A stretch of DNA of 59,655 nucleotides, counting the filler, from Sphacelaria rigidula (lineage: Eukaryota): NCBI GenBank assembly GCA_964200075.2. It is 9 parts of 9 records of this genome, joined end to end, with 100 filler letters (N's around TTAATTAATTAA, not from the genome) between each part and the next. Parts side by side here need not be neighbours in the genome. Positions count along the whole stretch, not along the records: positions 1 to 6,540 come from CAXNAA020019461.1; positions 6,641 to 13,180 come from CAXNAA020019462.1; 7 more parts are not named here. One strand, 5' to 3'. The stretch's first letter is position 1; each line of letters starts with the position of its first letter. Of the stretch, positions 1 to 12,153 are shown one piece after another. Under the pieces are notes generated by a model that searched no databases, was not told the origin of the DNA, and worked only from the letters and a program-made list of their open reading frames with translations. A program made the position numbers and the translations under genes.

Positions 1-74
1 TGGAAGGATGTCTGACATACTCATGAGCCTCTTTTTTCGTGCAACCAAATACCCCCCCCGCTATCGTAGGATGA

Positions 75-3000
75 CTCTTGGGCCTAACACCCGGACGACG
101 CGCGCGTGCATACAAGACAAGTCGCCTACCTCAAAATTCGGCAATTCCAGCCCCGACGAGGACCCCTCACGCTTACGCACACGTTCAGCGGCAACACGTT
201 CCTGCACTTGAACGCGGAAACGTTCTTGCAAATCCAAGACTCCTCTCAATGCACTCTTAATTTAAACATCGTCCAAAACATCACACTTCCGTTCCCCCGC
301 CGACGAAGACGCCAGCACCGAGAAAGACGTCCGAGAGGCAAAACCAAACATCACGTGATACGGCGTACTACCGTAACGACAACGATACGCTGTATTAAGC
401 ACCCATTGCACCGCCGGCAACACGTCCACCCACTCGGAAACCGCTCTATGCTGCTCGAGAAGAATAGAGCGAAGAGCACGAACTACTTCCTTGACCATGG
501 GTTCGTACGTACCGTTAGACCACGGAGAAAACGCTACCGCAAACTGGTGATCAACGCGCAAAGCCTCTCGCAATCGGGCCAAGATCGGATTCTTGAAATG
601 CGACACTTCCTACGATAGCCCCCCCAAAAAACCAGCTAAAAGTGTCACGAAACAAATGGCCATACAGCGCCTGATGTTCGGGTTCAAGCTTCATGAAGCG
701 ACTCATATTGGCGACATTGGCTGGATCGAACCCAAGCGTGAGATTTCACAGCTTCTCATTGTGCTCAGCTTTTCCCATTTCGATTTACGTGAAGATTTTG
801 CCTCCCAAAACTATACACTTTTGAGAGGGGGGCTATAGTAGAAAGTGTCATGCGTGGTGATATCACTCACCCACACAGGCGGCACCCCCAACGTTTTGCA
901 CCAATTCAGCAAAGACGCAGCAGTCGATTCAGCAGTGGACACTGCTACTGGTTCTAGAACCACAAACTTGCTCAAATCATCCGTGATTACCAAAATTTAT
1001 CGAAACCCAGCATCCTCCGACAAACCTTGGCAAGCTAGCGGGCCACTCTCGCCCACGTGTAAGAAGTCAAAATGAACGACTTCATTCGGCGTGGTCCCAT
1101 GGACCGTTTTGCCGAGCGGGCGGGAAACAACATCGCCCGCCCTCGAGTGAGCACAGTGAAGACACTGGCGGACAAATTCGCGCACATTAGTTTCTATCTC
1201 CTGCCAGACACAAAACTCTTGCAAGCGCGCGAGCGTCGCAGCCACACCACGATGCCCGGCGTCGCGCATGTGCGCGCAAATCATCAGTCATACCTGCAAC
1301 TGCTTGTCAGAACTCGGAATCCACAAAACGTTTCGGCCACGCACATGCACACGAAACAGACCTTCATTGTCCAAGATAGCAGTATCAACTTCCCACTCGA
1401 AAGATTGCACATCCGCATCTTCGGGCCCAAGGTCTTTCTGTTGCGCTTGGCGGACAACAGATTTGGACGGCATCGAGTCATCAGGTTCGCACGGACCATA
1501 CACAGCCACAGCGAGCACGGGCATTTCAATTCCAACTGTAGGCACCCGCATGACCAAACTACCCCAGTGGCACTCAGATGCATCCAGAAACATAAACACC
1601 TGACGATCAGGATGAGAATGGAGCAGCGTCGCGGCATGAGCCACCAGATCCTTCGCTGCCGCCCACGCCTGCAGCCTGCCCTCCGTCCACGATGCAGCCT
1701 TCTTCGGAAACGCCATATCCGGACTGGACCACCCCGCCTGCATATTCCGTAACACCAACCCGAGCGCCAAAATAGCAGCCATGTACAATGCCAACCAACT
1801 GGACTCCATTGGATCGTATCCCCGCGGCTTCGTCTTCATCTCGGACGCCCCAGGTTTAAGCTGAACACGCATGAGCTCCCCGCACGCAGGGGGATCACCC
1901 CGCAGCGCGCGACGAAACGCGTGGACGCGGCAATGCAATATGCTGCGCAGGCGCTCCGCTTTTGAGACGCTGAGGCTTTTCGCCCCAGCATCCGTCACGC
2001 TCTCCTCCAGCGCGACCTCCCGAGCGGACTCCTCTTCCGCCGGAATCATTAACATCCCCGGACCGAGCTCAACCAAGCGTTCCACCGCCGCATCCCGCTC
2101 CTCCGTCACCTGCCCTCCAGCCTCCTGAAAAACATCCACCGACAAGCTCACGCGACGACTGCCCAAAATGGCGGGCATCTACAAGCGCGGACGAGGCGGA
2201 GACATCCGCGTCTTCATGGAGTTCCACAACCGCTGAGCGTTGACGCCAATATCCTGAAGCATCGGCAATCCCAGAAGAATGACGCCATCCAACCCCGGCA
2301 TGATCGCAAACGAGATCGGAGGCAACTGCGCCGGCCCCCAGGAAGTCATCAAAGTCAGCTGCAGCGGAACAGTACGCTCTGTGACGTAAAGATGCTGACC
2401 CGACGCGGCGACGGCCTGCCGCGCCCCGAGCGAAAACGGAATGCGCAGCGGCACACCCGGGAGAAGACCCTCCAATATCTCTACAATCTGTACCAACAGA
2501 CTCACATGGCCCGTCAAGTAGGCGCCAGAATCCCACTTAGCCTGGACCGCAATCGTTCCACGCTCCCGTTGATTTGGGAGACACAGCTCCGCAGGAACGT
2601 GGTTGTCCGCAAACTCCACTGGCAATTGAATGGCCGATCGATGCACTGCTAATCCCACTTAACGCCACGGCTGCGCAAGCTGCGCAGGCGAGGACGCCCC
2701 GGCAGGTTCAAACGGCACCGCCGGCGGGTATGACCCCCAGCCAGCAAACCAAGAATTTGGCGAACCTCCGGCCAGCGCGTCAGCAGGCGTCGCGCCTGGC
2801 GCTGCTGCCGGTGTCGCCGCCGGCGCCACCACCGGCGCCGGCGCAGTGTTCGACATTGTATAAGTCGGTCCCATCTGTACCGCCCGTTGCGGAGCAGCAG
2901 CACCTACGGCGGCGCCGGACCCATAACCAGGCCCATGCTGTCGCCGCTGCCCCTGCTGTTGCTGCCGAGGACTCGACTGCGACCCTCCACCGCCGGAGTA

Positions 3001-3819
3001 TCCGCCGCCGCCACCACGATTACCTCCTCTTTTGCCCTTGTGCTGACGATGCTGATGGTGCGCAGCATGAGATTGCCCAGACTCTCCACCGGAAGACGTT
3101 GGGCAATCGCGCGCGTAATGGCCGACCTGGCCACGACGGTGGCAAGTGCCCGCCGCATGCCCAGCATGCTTTTTGATCGCCGCAACCAATTGCGGCGGGG
3201 TGGTCATGATCGTTTTATGCTCCAAACGAGAAAATCCTCTTTGCACATAAGTTGGCACTTGTTAAGCCATTGGCACCACCTGATGCCGTATAGCACCCCC
3301 TGCGTTAGTGTGCTTCACGCGCTTCTTGTACTCAATTTACTTCGTAATAATGGTGCGAGATGCAATCGCTGAGTACCTATCCCCATATTGAGGAGGTCGC
3401 AACTCTTCTCGCATGACCACGGGTGTCGCCATAGCTGCAGCTGTAACCGGCGACCTGCGAACCTCTTCAGTCCAGCGGACCTTCGCGAATTGCACGTCCC
3501 TTGCTTCGTCGCCGCACCACCCAGTCGTAGGAGCCTCCGAACTCCCGCTGCACGCAGCTTCAGCACGTCTCCAGTCTGGATCAATCACAGGCCAACCGCC
3601 TTTCTGCCCCTGCCTCAGCTGGTACCCTCTCCACGCGTCCGTGGTTTATCAGGTTCACACAGCTACCAGACTTCTCCGCCGAAATCCTTTCCAGCAGGTT
3701 TCTAGCATTAACACTAGCACTAGCACTAATATCGATATTGTGACGCCAGCCAGTGGAAGCACTGTTGGATCACTGCTGTTGATGGACTCCGCAGTCTGTG
3801 ATGAAATCACGCCTTCACG
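75..3819 (-). mobile_element. Decayed, internally deleted Ty3/gypsy LTR retrotransposon (gag zinc knuckle, protease, partial RT/RNase H, integrase)
   Basis: Minus-strand ORF fragments in gypsy order: CHRRGQVGHYARDC (degenerate CCHC knuckle, 2659-3258); WDSGA protease motif (2179-2658); RT N-terminus jumping from FPKK to the connection region (1288-2178); integrase HHCC HMRDAGHRG...CLHC and HFDFL (997-1284); ITDDLSKF and WVSD (811-993); SNGTYEPMVKE (262-606). Stops and frameshifts throughout. Confidence 0.92.
602..849 (+). mobile_element. MITE (~248 bp) inserted into the gypsy integrase, with a 4-bp TSD
   Basis: TIRs GACACTTCCTACGATAGCCCCCC / GGGGGGCTATAGTAGAAAGTGTC. ATGC is duplicated at 598-601 and 850-853. 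Removing the insert restores integrase ...WVSDITTHFKNP. Confidence 0.88.
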
Positions 3820-3958
3820 TTGAGTAGATGGTGATGATTGAATGATGACTTGGGATCTGTAGTGATGAGATGGATGATGACATGGACACATGGGTGTTAC
3901 CCTGATGTGATTTATGGAGCGTATGTGCCTGGAAGGCACTCCGGTAATGATAAGGTGT

Positions 3959-5283
3959 TGTGAAGGCTGACAACTGAGACCTTGAGGCCAGTGGAACGGG
4001 GGAGTCTCTCAACAGCATTTAGGCGCTGCAGTACTAGCAACCTGCTGGCGTCACCATATCGATATTACTGCTAGTGCTAGGTGTGCTAGTTGGTGCTATC
4101 GTTCGAGACTGCTGAAATTTTCAGCGGGGAGAGATCTGGACAGATTGTGATTAGCTTAGGGCATAGAGCTTCACGGACGCGTGAGGAGGTTTCAAGCTGA
4201 GGTAGCTGCAAAGGCGGCCGGCCCGTGATTGATCCAGATTGAAGACTTGCTGGAGCTGCTTACAGCGGGTGTTTATATGACCCCAGGTCTGTGCGAAGCG
4301 GCGAAGAAAGCACGTGTGAGCTGAATTTCGAGAAGGTTTTAGAAACCGTCGATTTTCCGCTCGAGAATGTCGACTACTGAGGGACCGGCAATCGAGCCAG
4401 CGGAAACGACCGTAACCCCAGTCGTCCTAAGGGAAGAGTTGCGCCCGCCCAGTTACAGTAATTTGTATTCTGAGGGTGCCTCTCGATCGTTTTACACGAA
4501 ATACGTGGAATACAAAAGGAGGGTGGAGCATGCGAATGCAGGGGGTGCGGTAAGGCATCAGGTGGTTTCTACGGTGCAACTAATGCCTACCCCCTTGCAA
4601 CGCGTCTTCGCGAGAAGGTTCCACGAAAAGCATACCATAACGCCGCTGCAGCTGGCCGCAGCGATAAAGAAGCACCCAGGGCATGCGGTAGGAGCGGAGG
4701 TGGAGCTTACTCAGGCGTCCGCGGCAGTGGCGAAGGCTGTCGCAATGAACCACAAGGGGAGGACCATGCGTGAGAGCGTGGAGCCCATAATGGGTAAGTT
4801 GGAGATGTATTTTTCGGAAAATCCCAACGTGGAGATGATTTCTCTTTCGTCCAATGGGACATTTCGCCCAGGGCGCGCTGCGGTGGTCACGAAAGCGATG
4901 GTGGAGGGTCTGGCACCGGCGGAATTCAAGCAGGCCGTGCTGGTACAGTTACAGCACGAAACAAATTGGAAGTCGGACCCGTATTTAGTCATGGATACCG
5001 TGGTGGCTGAAGCTCAGGCATGACGACGGGTCGAAGTATTCGGAGAATCATCCACTTCGTCGCCGCAGTCTTCGAGCCCGCGTTCCTGCGGATTAAAATC
5101 CGCAGGCAGTGCCGCCTCCAATATTACTTGCTATCAGTGTGGCCAGGTAGATCACATCGCACGCAAGTGCCCAACGCCTTCTGAGGGGAGTGCCGCGCGC
5201 CCTCGCAATCACAAAGGAGGGAAAGGTGATCGGAGTGATGGCGGAGGCGGATCCTCCAGCGGTGGAGATGTACAGTCGAGTTC

Positions 5284-5321
<38 letters not shown>

Positions 5322-6540
5322 GGCAGCGGCGTCAGCAGGGATCCGATTCTGGGTCCGGCTCAGCCGCAAGAGCTACTGCTCCGCAACGGACGGTGCAGGT
5401 GGGACCGACCTCTCTAGTGTCGGGCTCGGTGCCGGCGCCGCCGGCAGCGGAGCAAGGCGAGACGCCGGCTGCGGAGCCGGCCGATTTTCAGCTGAAATTT
5501 GGATCCGCTTCTGCGTCGGCCGGGGTACCACTGCAATTTGGTTCTGTGGGCGGGGCTTCGTACCCGCCGGCGGTGCCGGTGACCCCAGCAAGGGCGTTTA
5601 TGCCTGCGCCGCGCGTGCAGCCGTGGCGCCAAGTGGGGATTACGACCCATCAGTCGGCGGAGCAGGTACCGGTCGAGGACCAAGCCAATTATGTCCCTGC
5701 CGAGTTATATCTGCCCGATCAACGGGCGCGGGGAGCTATATCAGTCAACACGGTGTTGGATTCAGGCGCCCACTTCACGAGCGTGTCGGTGCTAGTTGTG
5801 GAGATGCTGGAGCGTCTACTCCCCGGTGAGCAAATCCGAATGCCGTTCTCGCTCGGGGCGCGGCAGGCCATCACCGCATCGGGGCGACGTATAAATGTGA
5901 CGGAGCGTACGATTCCCCTACAGTTGGCGTTCCTGACTACCTGGGGGCCAGCAAAATTACCCCCAATATCGTTTTCGATCATGCTGGGGACGCATGGTGT
6001 CGTTCTGTTGGGCCTACCGACGCTTCGGGGACTCGGAATCGATCCGTATGATCGGCTGTTGGAGTCCCTAAAAACGCAAATGCCGTCGCCCGGTTTGAGA
6101 GTCGAGACGCCTGCTTTTTTGGCCAGTCACAGAGTGAGCTTGTCGGTTGATGCTCTCCAGGAGGCGGGGGGGCAGGTGTCCGAGGAGCGTGATGAGGCGG
6201 TGAAACGCTTGGTGGAGCGTGGCTCCGATATGTTCATGGAGCCGGCGGAAGAAGAGTCCGCGCGAAAGGCTGAGCTTGAGGAAATCGTGACGAATGCTGT
6301 GGCAAATGGCCTCACCGTCTCAAAAGCGGAGCGCTCGCGTGGCATACTGTATCGCCACGTTAACGCGTTTCGTCGTGCGCTGAGGGGTGATCCTCCTGCG
6401 CGCGTGGAACCCATGAGGGTTACACTGAAGCCAGGGGCGGCCGCGGTGAAGGCAAATCCGAGGAGGTATGATCCGGTAAAGTCCAGTTGGTTAGCTTCTT
6501 GCATGGTAGCTCTTGTGGCGTTTGGGTTGGTGTTCAGGAA
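3959..6540 (+). mobile_element. Decayed Ty3/gypsy LTR retrotransposon (gag, protease, start of RT), cut by the contig end; same family as 75-3819
   Basis: Gag-like ORF 4367-5023 shares REELRPP and TPxQLxAAIKKH with the minus copy. CYQCGQVDHIARKC knuckle near 5130-5170; (CAG)n at ~5285-5320; LDSGAHFTSV protease and HVNAFRRALRGDPPA in ORF 5393-6540, clearly homologous to the minus copy. Confidence 0.92.
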
Positions 6541-6640
6541 NNNNNNNNNNNNNNNNNNNNNNNNNNNNNNNNNNNNNNNNNNNNTTAATTAATTAANNNN
6601 NNNNNNNNNNNNNNNNNNNNNNNNNNNNNNNNNNNNNNNN
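6541..6640. other. Artificial 100-bp contig linker (N-run, TTAATTAATTAA, N-run). Identical linkers at 13181-13280, 19821-19920, 26461-26560, 33100-33199, 39739-39838, 46378-46477 and 53017-53116
   Basis: Eight identical spacers containing a six-frame stop cassette. The pieces between them are 6540 bp (x4) then 6539 bp (x5), consistent with length-sorted unplaced contigs. Confidence 0.98.
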
Positions 6641-6705
6641 CTCTTCCGACCAAAAGGGATGCGTGGCCAATGGTCAAACAACTACGGCAAGCAACAAATG
6701 AGTAC
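6641..6705 (+). mobile_element. 3' tail of the C-tract LINE family, joined to a C-run
   Basis: AAAGGGATGCGTGGCCAATGGTCAAACAACTACGGCAAGCAACAAATGAGTAC followed by a C-run; matches the 3' end of the LINE at ~23358-23413. Confidence 0.75.
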
Positions 6706-6944
6706 CCCCCCCCCCCCCCTCCGAAAAAGTGGCTGTTGTGGGGATACAAAATTTACTCGTGAACCGACATGAAAAAAGCCGAGCACAACGAACAGCTGGG
6801 AATTCTCTCGCTTGGCTTCGTTTCCTCCAATGTCGCCCATTCGAGGCGCTCTGTTCAGCCTGAAACCAAACATCAGGCGCTTTATGACCATCTTCTTGAT
6901 GACAGCTCCGGCTGGTTTGGGGTGGGGGTGTTGTAGAAAGTGTC
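6706..6944 (-). mobile_element. Second, diverged copy of the 602-849 MITE family
   Basis: Gap-free similarity to 602-849 over about 135 bp (GCGCCTGATGTT...GGCGACATTGG...CCAAGCG). Ends in the same GTAGAAAGTGTC terminus; the other TIR is replaced by the LINE tail. Confidence 0.8.
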
Positions 6945-7402
6945 TCATGGGTAATCATCCGAGACGTGAGTATCCGACCGATAGGATGGGATTTTGAGTA
7001 CGCGGGGAAAGTTAACCTGGTTCACCTTGCAACAGACGGGGTTAGCTGCATGCGGTATGCTTTTGTCTTCATCCAATATTCGGTCGATATTCCCTCGATA
7101 TTCACTGAATACGTACATGTATATGTACGTACACGTATGCATATCGCTGGCAGGTTTTCAGTGGAGAATGTAGATGGGCGCCCATTGGAGCGTCAGCTCC
7201 GACCGGAGCTACAGACGGCAGAGCAGATGGGTCATGCGTTTGAGGTGCGGGAAAGTGTTCCCACATGTGCTGCTGTATATTGAACCTGCAGTAGATTACT
7301 TTCACGATGTTACTCCTCTTAGCACTCAGCGGCACAGTAGCTTTGGCTCAGGACCCATGTAATATTTCGACAAGTGGGAAGAAAAAACTTGGATTTCGGA
7401 TA

Positions 7403-7433
<31 letters not shown>

Positions 7434-8431
7434 TCAATGTAATGCACTGCGTTCTCACCTTGATTTTTGTTCCAGACGCCCTCGGCCTGGTGTTACACAC
7501 ACACATATATATATATATATATTTATATGTATTATATATGCCATTTTATTTTGCATGTATCTTCTTTTGATATCGTGTTGTCCTTTCCTGTTGTCGATAT
7601 GCTTGGATATACTTCGGGGAGCTTTTTATTGTTTGCTACACGCACACACGCGCGCATGCATCTGCCGGGAGGTGAGCCTGTATTTGGTCAACCTAGTAGC
7701 GTCAATTGGACCAATTAGACCACCGAGGCGCGGCGGCGAGTCTTCCCGCTCGTTTACCTTGGGTACGCCCATCTTGTGACCGTAGGTAAATATGTGGATT
7801 GATTCACACCGGACACACGGCTCCTTGTTTTACAATAAGAATGCATGAACCAATCACTCGTGCACGGAACAACGCTTAACTTCAAGCGCTTTTGAGACCT
7901 CCAAAGAGCTGGATTCGGGGGCTTCACCGAAAGCACGTTGGGTATTCTTTTTCGTCATACTCGAAGCCCTCGTCCCTCGTCCCTCGAGATGACTCCGTCG
8001 TTTAAAGAGATCATATATATTTTTTTCAATTATTATAATTTCCGCACATTAGTCCGATCTCGCGAACCCGTGGTCACAGACGTAGGCTCGCCTGTCCAAT
8101 ACCGTTTCCTGCTCTCCCTTACAAGACACATCACCAAAAATAAAAAAGAAGAGAGACCCCACGAAAACCAATGAGAAGGAGCTCCCCCGAGTTCAATGGG
8201 GAGAGAAAAGAAAGAAAGAAAAAGAAACGAACAGACACACGAACAACAAACGCCAGATCTATCAAAAATGTACACCGAGAGAAAGGAAGAGAGGAGAAAA
8301 TAAAAGACAAAACAGGAAAAGACAGGCGACACAAGGAGATTAGTGTGGCCACCATGTTCGGGTTAGACTCCAAAACAAAACACAACCCCAGGCACCCTCA
8401 TATACGACTATCACAGCAGTTCTGAGGTGTA

Positions 8432-8745
8432 TTTACCACTTGGTCGATGAAGAATTTTCCCGGAAACATAAATATTTTAAAATAACGGTAACTCGAAAAC
8501 CCTGGCCCCAACCCAAGGCATCCCGAGAACCCTTGGACGAGGGGGGTGCGAAGCGTTCCCTAGGCAAAGTGTCGCGTTGGCACACCTTGAAACTGCGCCG
8601 CAGGCGCCCATTTTCGACGAAAATGCGTTCTGCGTACGCGAGAGGCAGTTGGGGCTGTGAGCCCCGCTAAAGACCCGAATATCGGTGTTTACACTCAAAT
8701 CAAGTAATACAATTCTGGGAAGGTTCTAATCGACCAAGTGGTGAA
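8432..8745 (+). mobile_element. MITE of the shared-core / AAATCAAGTAA group
   Basis: ~33-bp TIRs TTTACCACTTGGTCGATGAAGAATTTTCCCGGAA / TTCTGGGAAGGTTCTAATCGACCAAGTGGTGAA. Core CCCAACCCAAGGCATCCCGAGAACCCTTGGACGAGGGG; ACTCAAATCAAGTAA just inside the right TIR. Confidence 0.75.
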
Positions 8746-9780
8746 CAATTCTGATCGTTCTCTCCTCCTGGACACACCTCTGACGTTTTGGTGTCGTGGA
8801 TGGATCATGACCGTCAGCTCTCCCTCACCGCGTCGTCGACTCTGGTGGAACTTTTGTTCGCTACACACGTGTTTTGCGCTTTCTTCGATGGAGAACGAAT
8901 TCTACTCGAAAATACTGTACCTGTCGCGATCCTAGTCCGTAATCTTCCGGTCTCTACGTGGCCGTTGACTTTTTATTGTGATTTGTACCGCTCGGGCGGC
9001 ACTGTGGCTGCGCTTATTCTGTACACGTTTGTCCGACGTTTACTTGTACATCTGAATTATAGCGGAGCCGAAAATGGCCGGCCCCTGCGACATAACTTCA
9101 GGTGAAGAAGGCCGTGCGCAAAAAACACATACACAACACAAGAGAAAAGGCCCTAGAAGCAGATTGCTACTCAGCTTTGTCGAAATAACAGTATCCGGGT
9201 GTGAGCTCTTACCCACGAGCCTCATGGAGGAAAGGCACGAACACGGCTACTGTATGGCACTGGAACTTGAGGGAGAGGGGGGAGGGGGGAGCCGAGAGAT
9301 GGAGATGGAGAGAGAAAGAGAGACCGGAGATGAAATCAAAGCGGGAGCGACGGAACCCAAGGACAAAATAGAACTTGCGTAGGAGCAGAACTAGGTTTGT
9401 GTTCAGAGGGATGGGCGTCGAATCTCGTCATGGACTTCAATTTGTTCCGTTCATCCATTGATGGAGTTCTTGCCATCGTTTGTACTGCCCGGTCGGTACT
9501 GGCAAATGGCTGCATAAACCAGTCGAGGCTGAGAGTATTGAGTGATCATTGTGCTTTTGTACGAATGGGTAGAGCTATCCCACAGTAGACGGGGGAATAT
9601 AATGTTTTCTTGTCCGATAGCAAGAGGGTTCGTGGGTATTATGTACAGCGGCAACATGCATCTACAGTATGGTTCCTGTATACCTAGCCTTGCTCGTTGT
9701 GTTTGTACGGGCCTTTAACCGTGCCCGTGTGTGTGTGGGTGTGATTTAATACATTTCTTCGGCATTTTCTGAATGGTGTT

Positions 9781-9995
9781 GTGTGTGTTGTGTGTGTTGT
9801 CAGTGCATCTATTGTGGACGTCAGTCTATCTACACCTTTCGGTATATATGGGTGCATCAGCCGGGGTTACACAGGAGAAAGACCAACTAAGCAATGTTTT
9901 CTTCATTTATTTTGTTTGAATACCCCACCTTCCTTCTGCGGGTGCTTGCCTCGAGAGGGGTTTAGTGGTCCCTTTCCCTCGTCGACCGTAAAAGC
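9781..9995 (-). mobile_element. 3' portion of tRNA-derived SINE family 1
   Basis: CTACACCTTTCGGT, CAGCCGGGGT, CCTTCCTTCTGCGG and CCCTTTCCCTCGTCGACCGT blocks match the copy at 49268-49624. Confidence 0.75.
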
Positions 9996-10240
9996 GATTT
10001 TTTTCAAATAGTTGAACCGTTAAAAAAAAAAGAAGCCATTATCCCCTCGCGGCCGAACGGCCGAACAGATAACAGTCGGCCCGAAAATGGCCGTATTTCG
10101 CCCCTTCTTGGGAGGCACAAGAAAATGAAATCCCCCAACTCTTCGTTTTGGCTTACTTCTTCTGCACAGGGTAGCTACGTCTCATCCTGAACCACTCTTG
10201 CTACGTCATCACTTCTGTCAATCACTGAAATGGCAAATAT

Positions 10241-10320
10241 CGGTCGAGTTTGGCTAAGCCCGATCGAATTTGGCTCAAACCGGTCGAATTTGACTAAAAC
10301 CGGACTCGAAGTGGCCAAAA
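10241..10320. repeat. Four imperfect ~20-bp tandem repeats
   Basis: CGGTCGAGTTTGGCTAAGCC / CGATCGAATTTGGCTCAAAC / CGGTCGAATTTGACTAAAAC / CGGACTCGAAGTGGCCAAAA, directly adjacent with no spacers. Confidence 0.75.
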
Positions 10321-11218
10321 TTACCTCAATTCTCACCCCAAATTTTGTTCAAAACACATGCCATTTTTGTTTTCTTTTATGTGCACCTCCATAATTTTAT
10401 CTCTTCACTGGCCCTAGTTTTCGGCATCGTAAACGCCTCCGCCCGGAAGATACGCCCTGCACGACATAATCAAGGAGACTCACGGGACGGAGGACGTTGT
10501 ACCTTATATTTTTGGCCGGGTAAAAAAAACGATCGTGATGGATCAATTTTTTCCGTCAGTAAAGTAAATCCGAATCCAGTCCAATTAAAAGGTAGCAACA
10601 TCGACTTTTGTGGGATCGCGGGAATTTATATGTCGGCGGAGAAGCAGTCATGTGTGGGCAAAATCACCCCATCTCGATGTACAGGTGGGAGTGTTGTCGA
10701 GCTACCGTAACCCTGTTGGTTGATTAATGGGTTTATTTATTGAGACCAATGCGCAGAAAATCGTACGAAGAGCCTTCCCCTATAATAATGTGAATATTGC
10801 TTTACCCAAAGCAGTCTGTTATCCACATGCTTCTTTTTAGTTGGCGACAAGGGTCGGTCTCGGGCGGATCTATAGCGGAAACGCAAATACGCCTGATATG
10901 TGTGTGTGGTGTGTGTGTACCTCAAGGAACGTTGGATCACGAATAAAAAAATGAGCCCTCCTCGCATAGCGGGTTGTTCGGGCGTTATCTACTGAAGGGG
11001 CCAACTCGTTGCGGCGCGCGTGTTTTCAATCGTGTGGACTTCTTTTCGGAACAATTAGACGCAGGGAAGCCTCGATCTTACAGCCAAGCGGTTACTCTCT
11101 GCTTCGCGAGTACCATCTCAACCCCGAGGGTGATGGGCCCCCCGGGGATTTTGTGGTTCGCAACCCATGACTACCTGATATATGTCATATATATATGTCC
11201 TATATATGTATATATATA

Positions 11219-11473
11219 TCACGGTTCGGACGAATCATCGCCAAATCATCAAATCCACGATTTTTCAGGCCTGGTTGCTCGAAAGAGAGAAAAAAAATAA
11301 CCGCTGGTCGAAAAGATCTCCACGCCATTTTTGCGCCATTCCACGTAACTGGGCTGCGCGTTTCTGAGTTGTAACGCTGAAAACAAAGCCCACGGATTGA
11401 TGCATGCGGTACGAATCAATCACACTAAAATCAAGTAATTTCTGGACGAATCATTGATTCATCCGACCCGTGA
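11219..11473 (+). mobile_element. MITE (~255 bp); second copy at 42053-42312
   Basis: TIRs TCACGGTTCGGACGAATCA / TGATTCATCCGACCCGTGA. Body aligns with 42053-42312. ACTAAAATCAAGTAA lies inside the right TIR. Confidence 0.85.
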
Positions 11474-12100
11474 CATGAATAGTCGTCATACCTTCAACCC
11501 TTCCCTTTGCTCGGGGCGATTTTGTGGTCTCAAGAGACCCAACCATCCCTCCCCCAGAAGGGTACACGCCTTGGGTTTTCGTATCGCGGGTCGGGTCAGC
11601 ACCTCCGCACGGCGTCGACGCTCATCACGTAACACCTGCTTTGCAACTCAGGTCTTCAAGCTTACAACGACGGAAAGCAGACACTTCTCAAAGAAACACC
11701 CAGACGCGTCTGTCGGGAATCGAGGCTGCTTGCTTCCGGCCTGAATAGTCTCCGTCGTACCGTTTGGGCCATTGGGGCTCGGCCGTTCTTTAACCCAAAG
11801 CAGTCGGTCAATATCCGCGTGCTGTCTTGTGGTTGATTTATGGTTGATCTGTGAGTAGCGTCTGGCACTCGAGGGCTTTTCGGTATTTTTGATCTGAATT
11901 TTGGCTGTGTTCGCGTTCTCGCGTGTGTGCGGTTCCCCGCAGGAAGGGGTATGCAAGCCTGGGCAGCTGACTGAGACAGGAGTTCGACAACATCTGATGC
12001 TGGGTGAAAATATGCGCAAGGTGATACGCATGTCTTCATACAAACGCACCTCCTTTCGCTCTCTCTCTTTTTTTTTCTCTCTCTTTTATGATCACTTTTC

Positions 12101-12101
12101 G

Positions 12102-12151
<50 letters not shown>
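12101..12151. repeat. (TTG)n microsatellite, possibly a (CAA)n retroposon tail
   Basis: About 16 perfect TTG units. Confidence 0.9.

Positions 12152-12153
<2 letters not shown>

Noticed and set aside
593..838. Apparently conserved small protein shared by ORFs 593-838 and 6682-6948 (RLMFGF...GDIG...KRE.SQL)
   Set aside because: Both ORFs lie inside copies of one MITE. By-eye codon comparison shows about 8 synonymous versus about 20 amino-acid-changing codons, consistent with neutral DNA-level similarity.
10241..10320. Short repeats as a possible CRISPR array (also 24888-24935, 30690-31000 and 32266-32375)
   Set aside because: The units are directly tandem with no unique spacers, no cas genes are present, and the context is eukaryotic.
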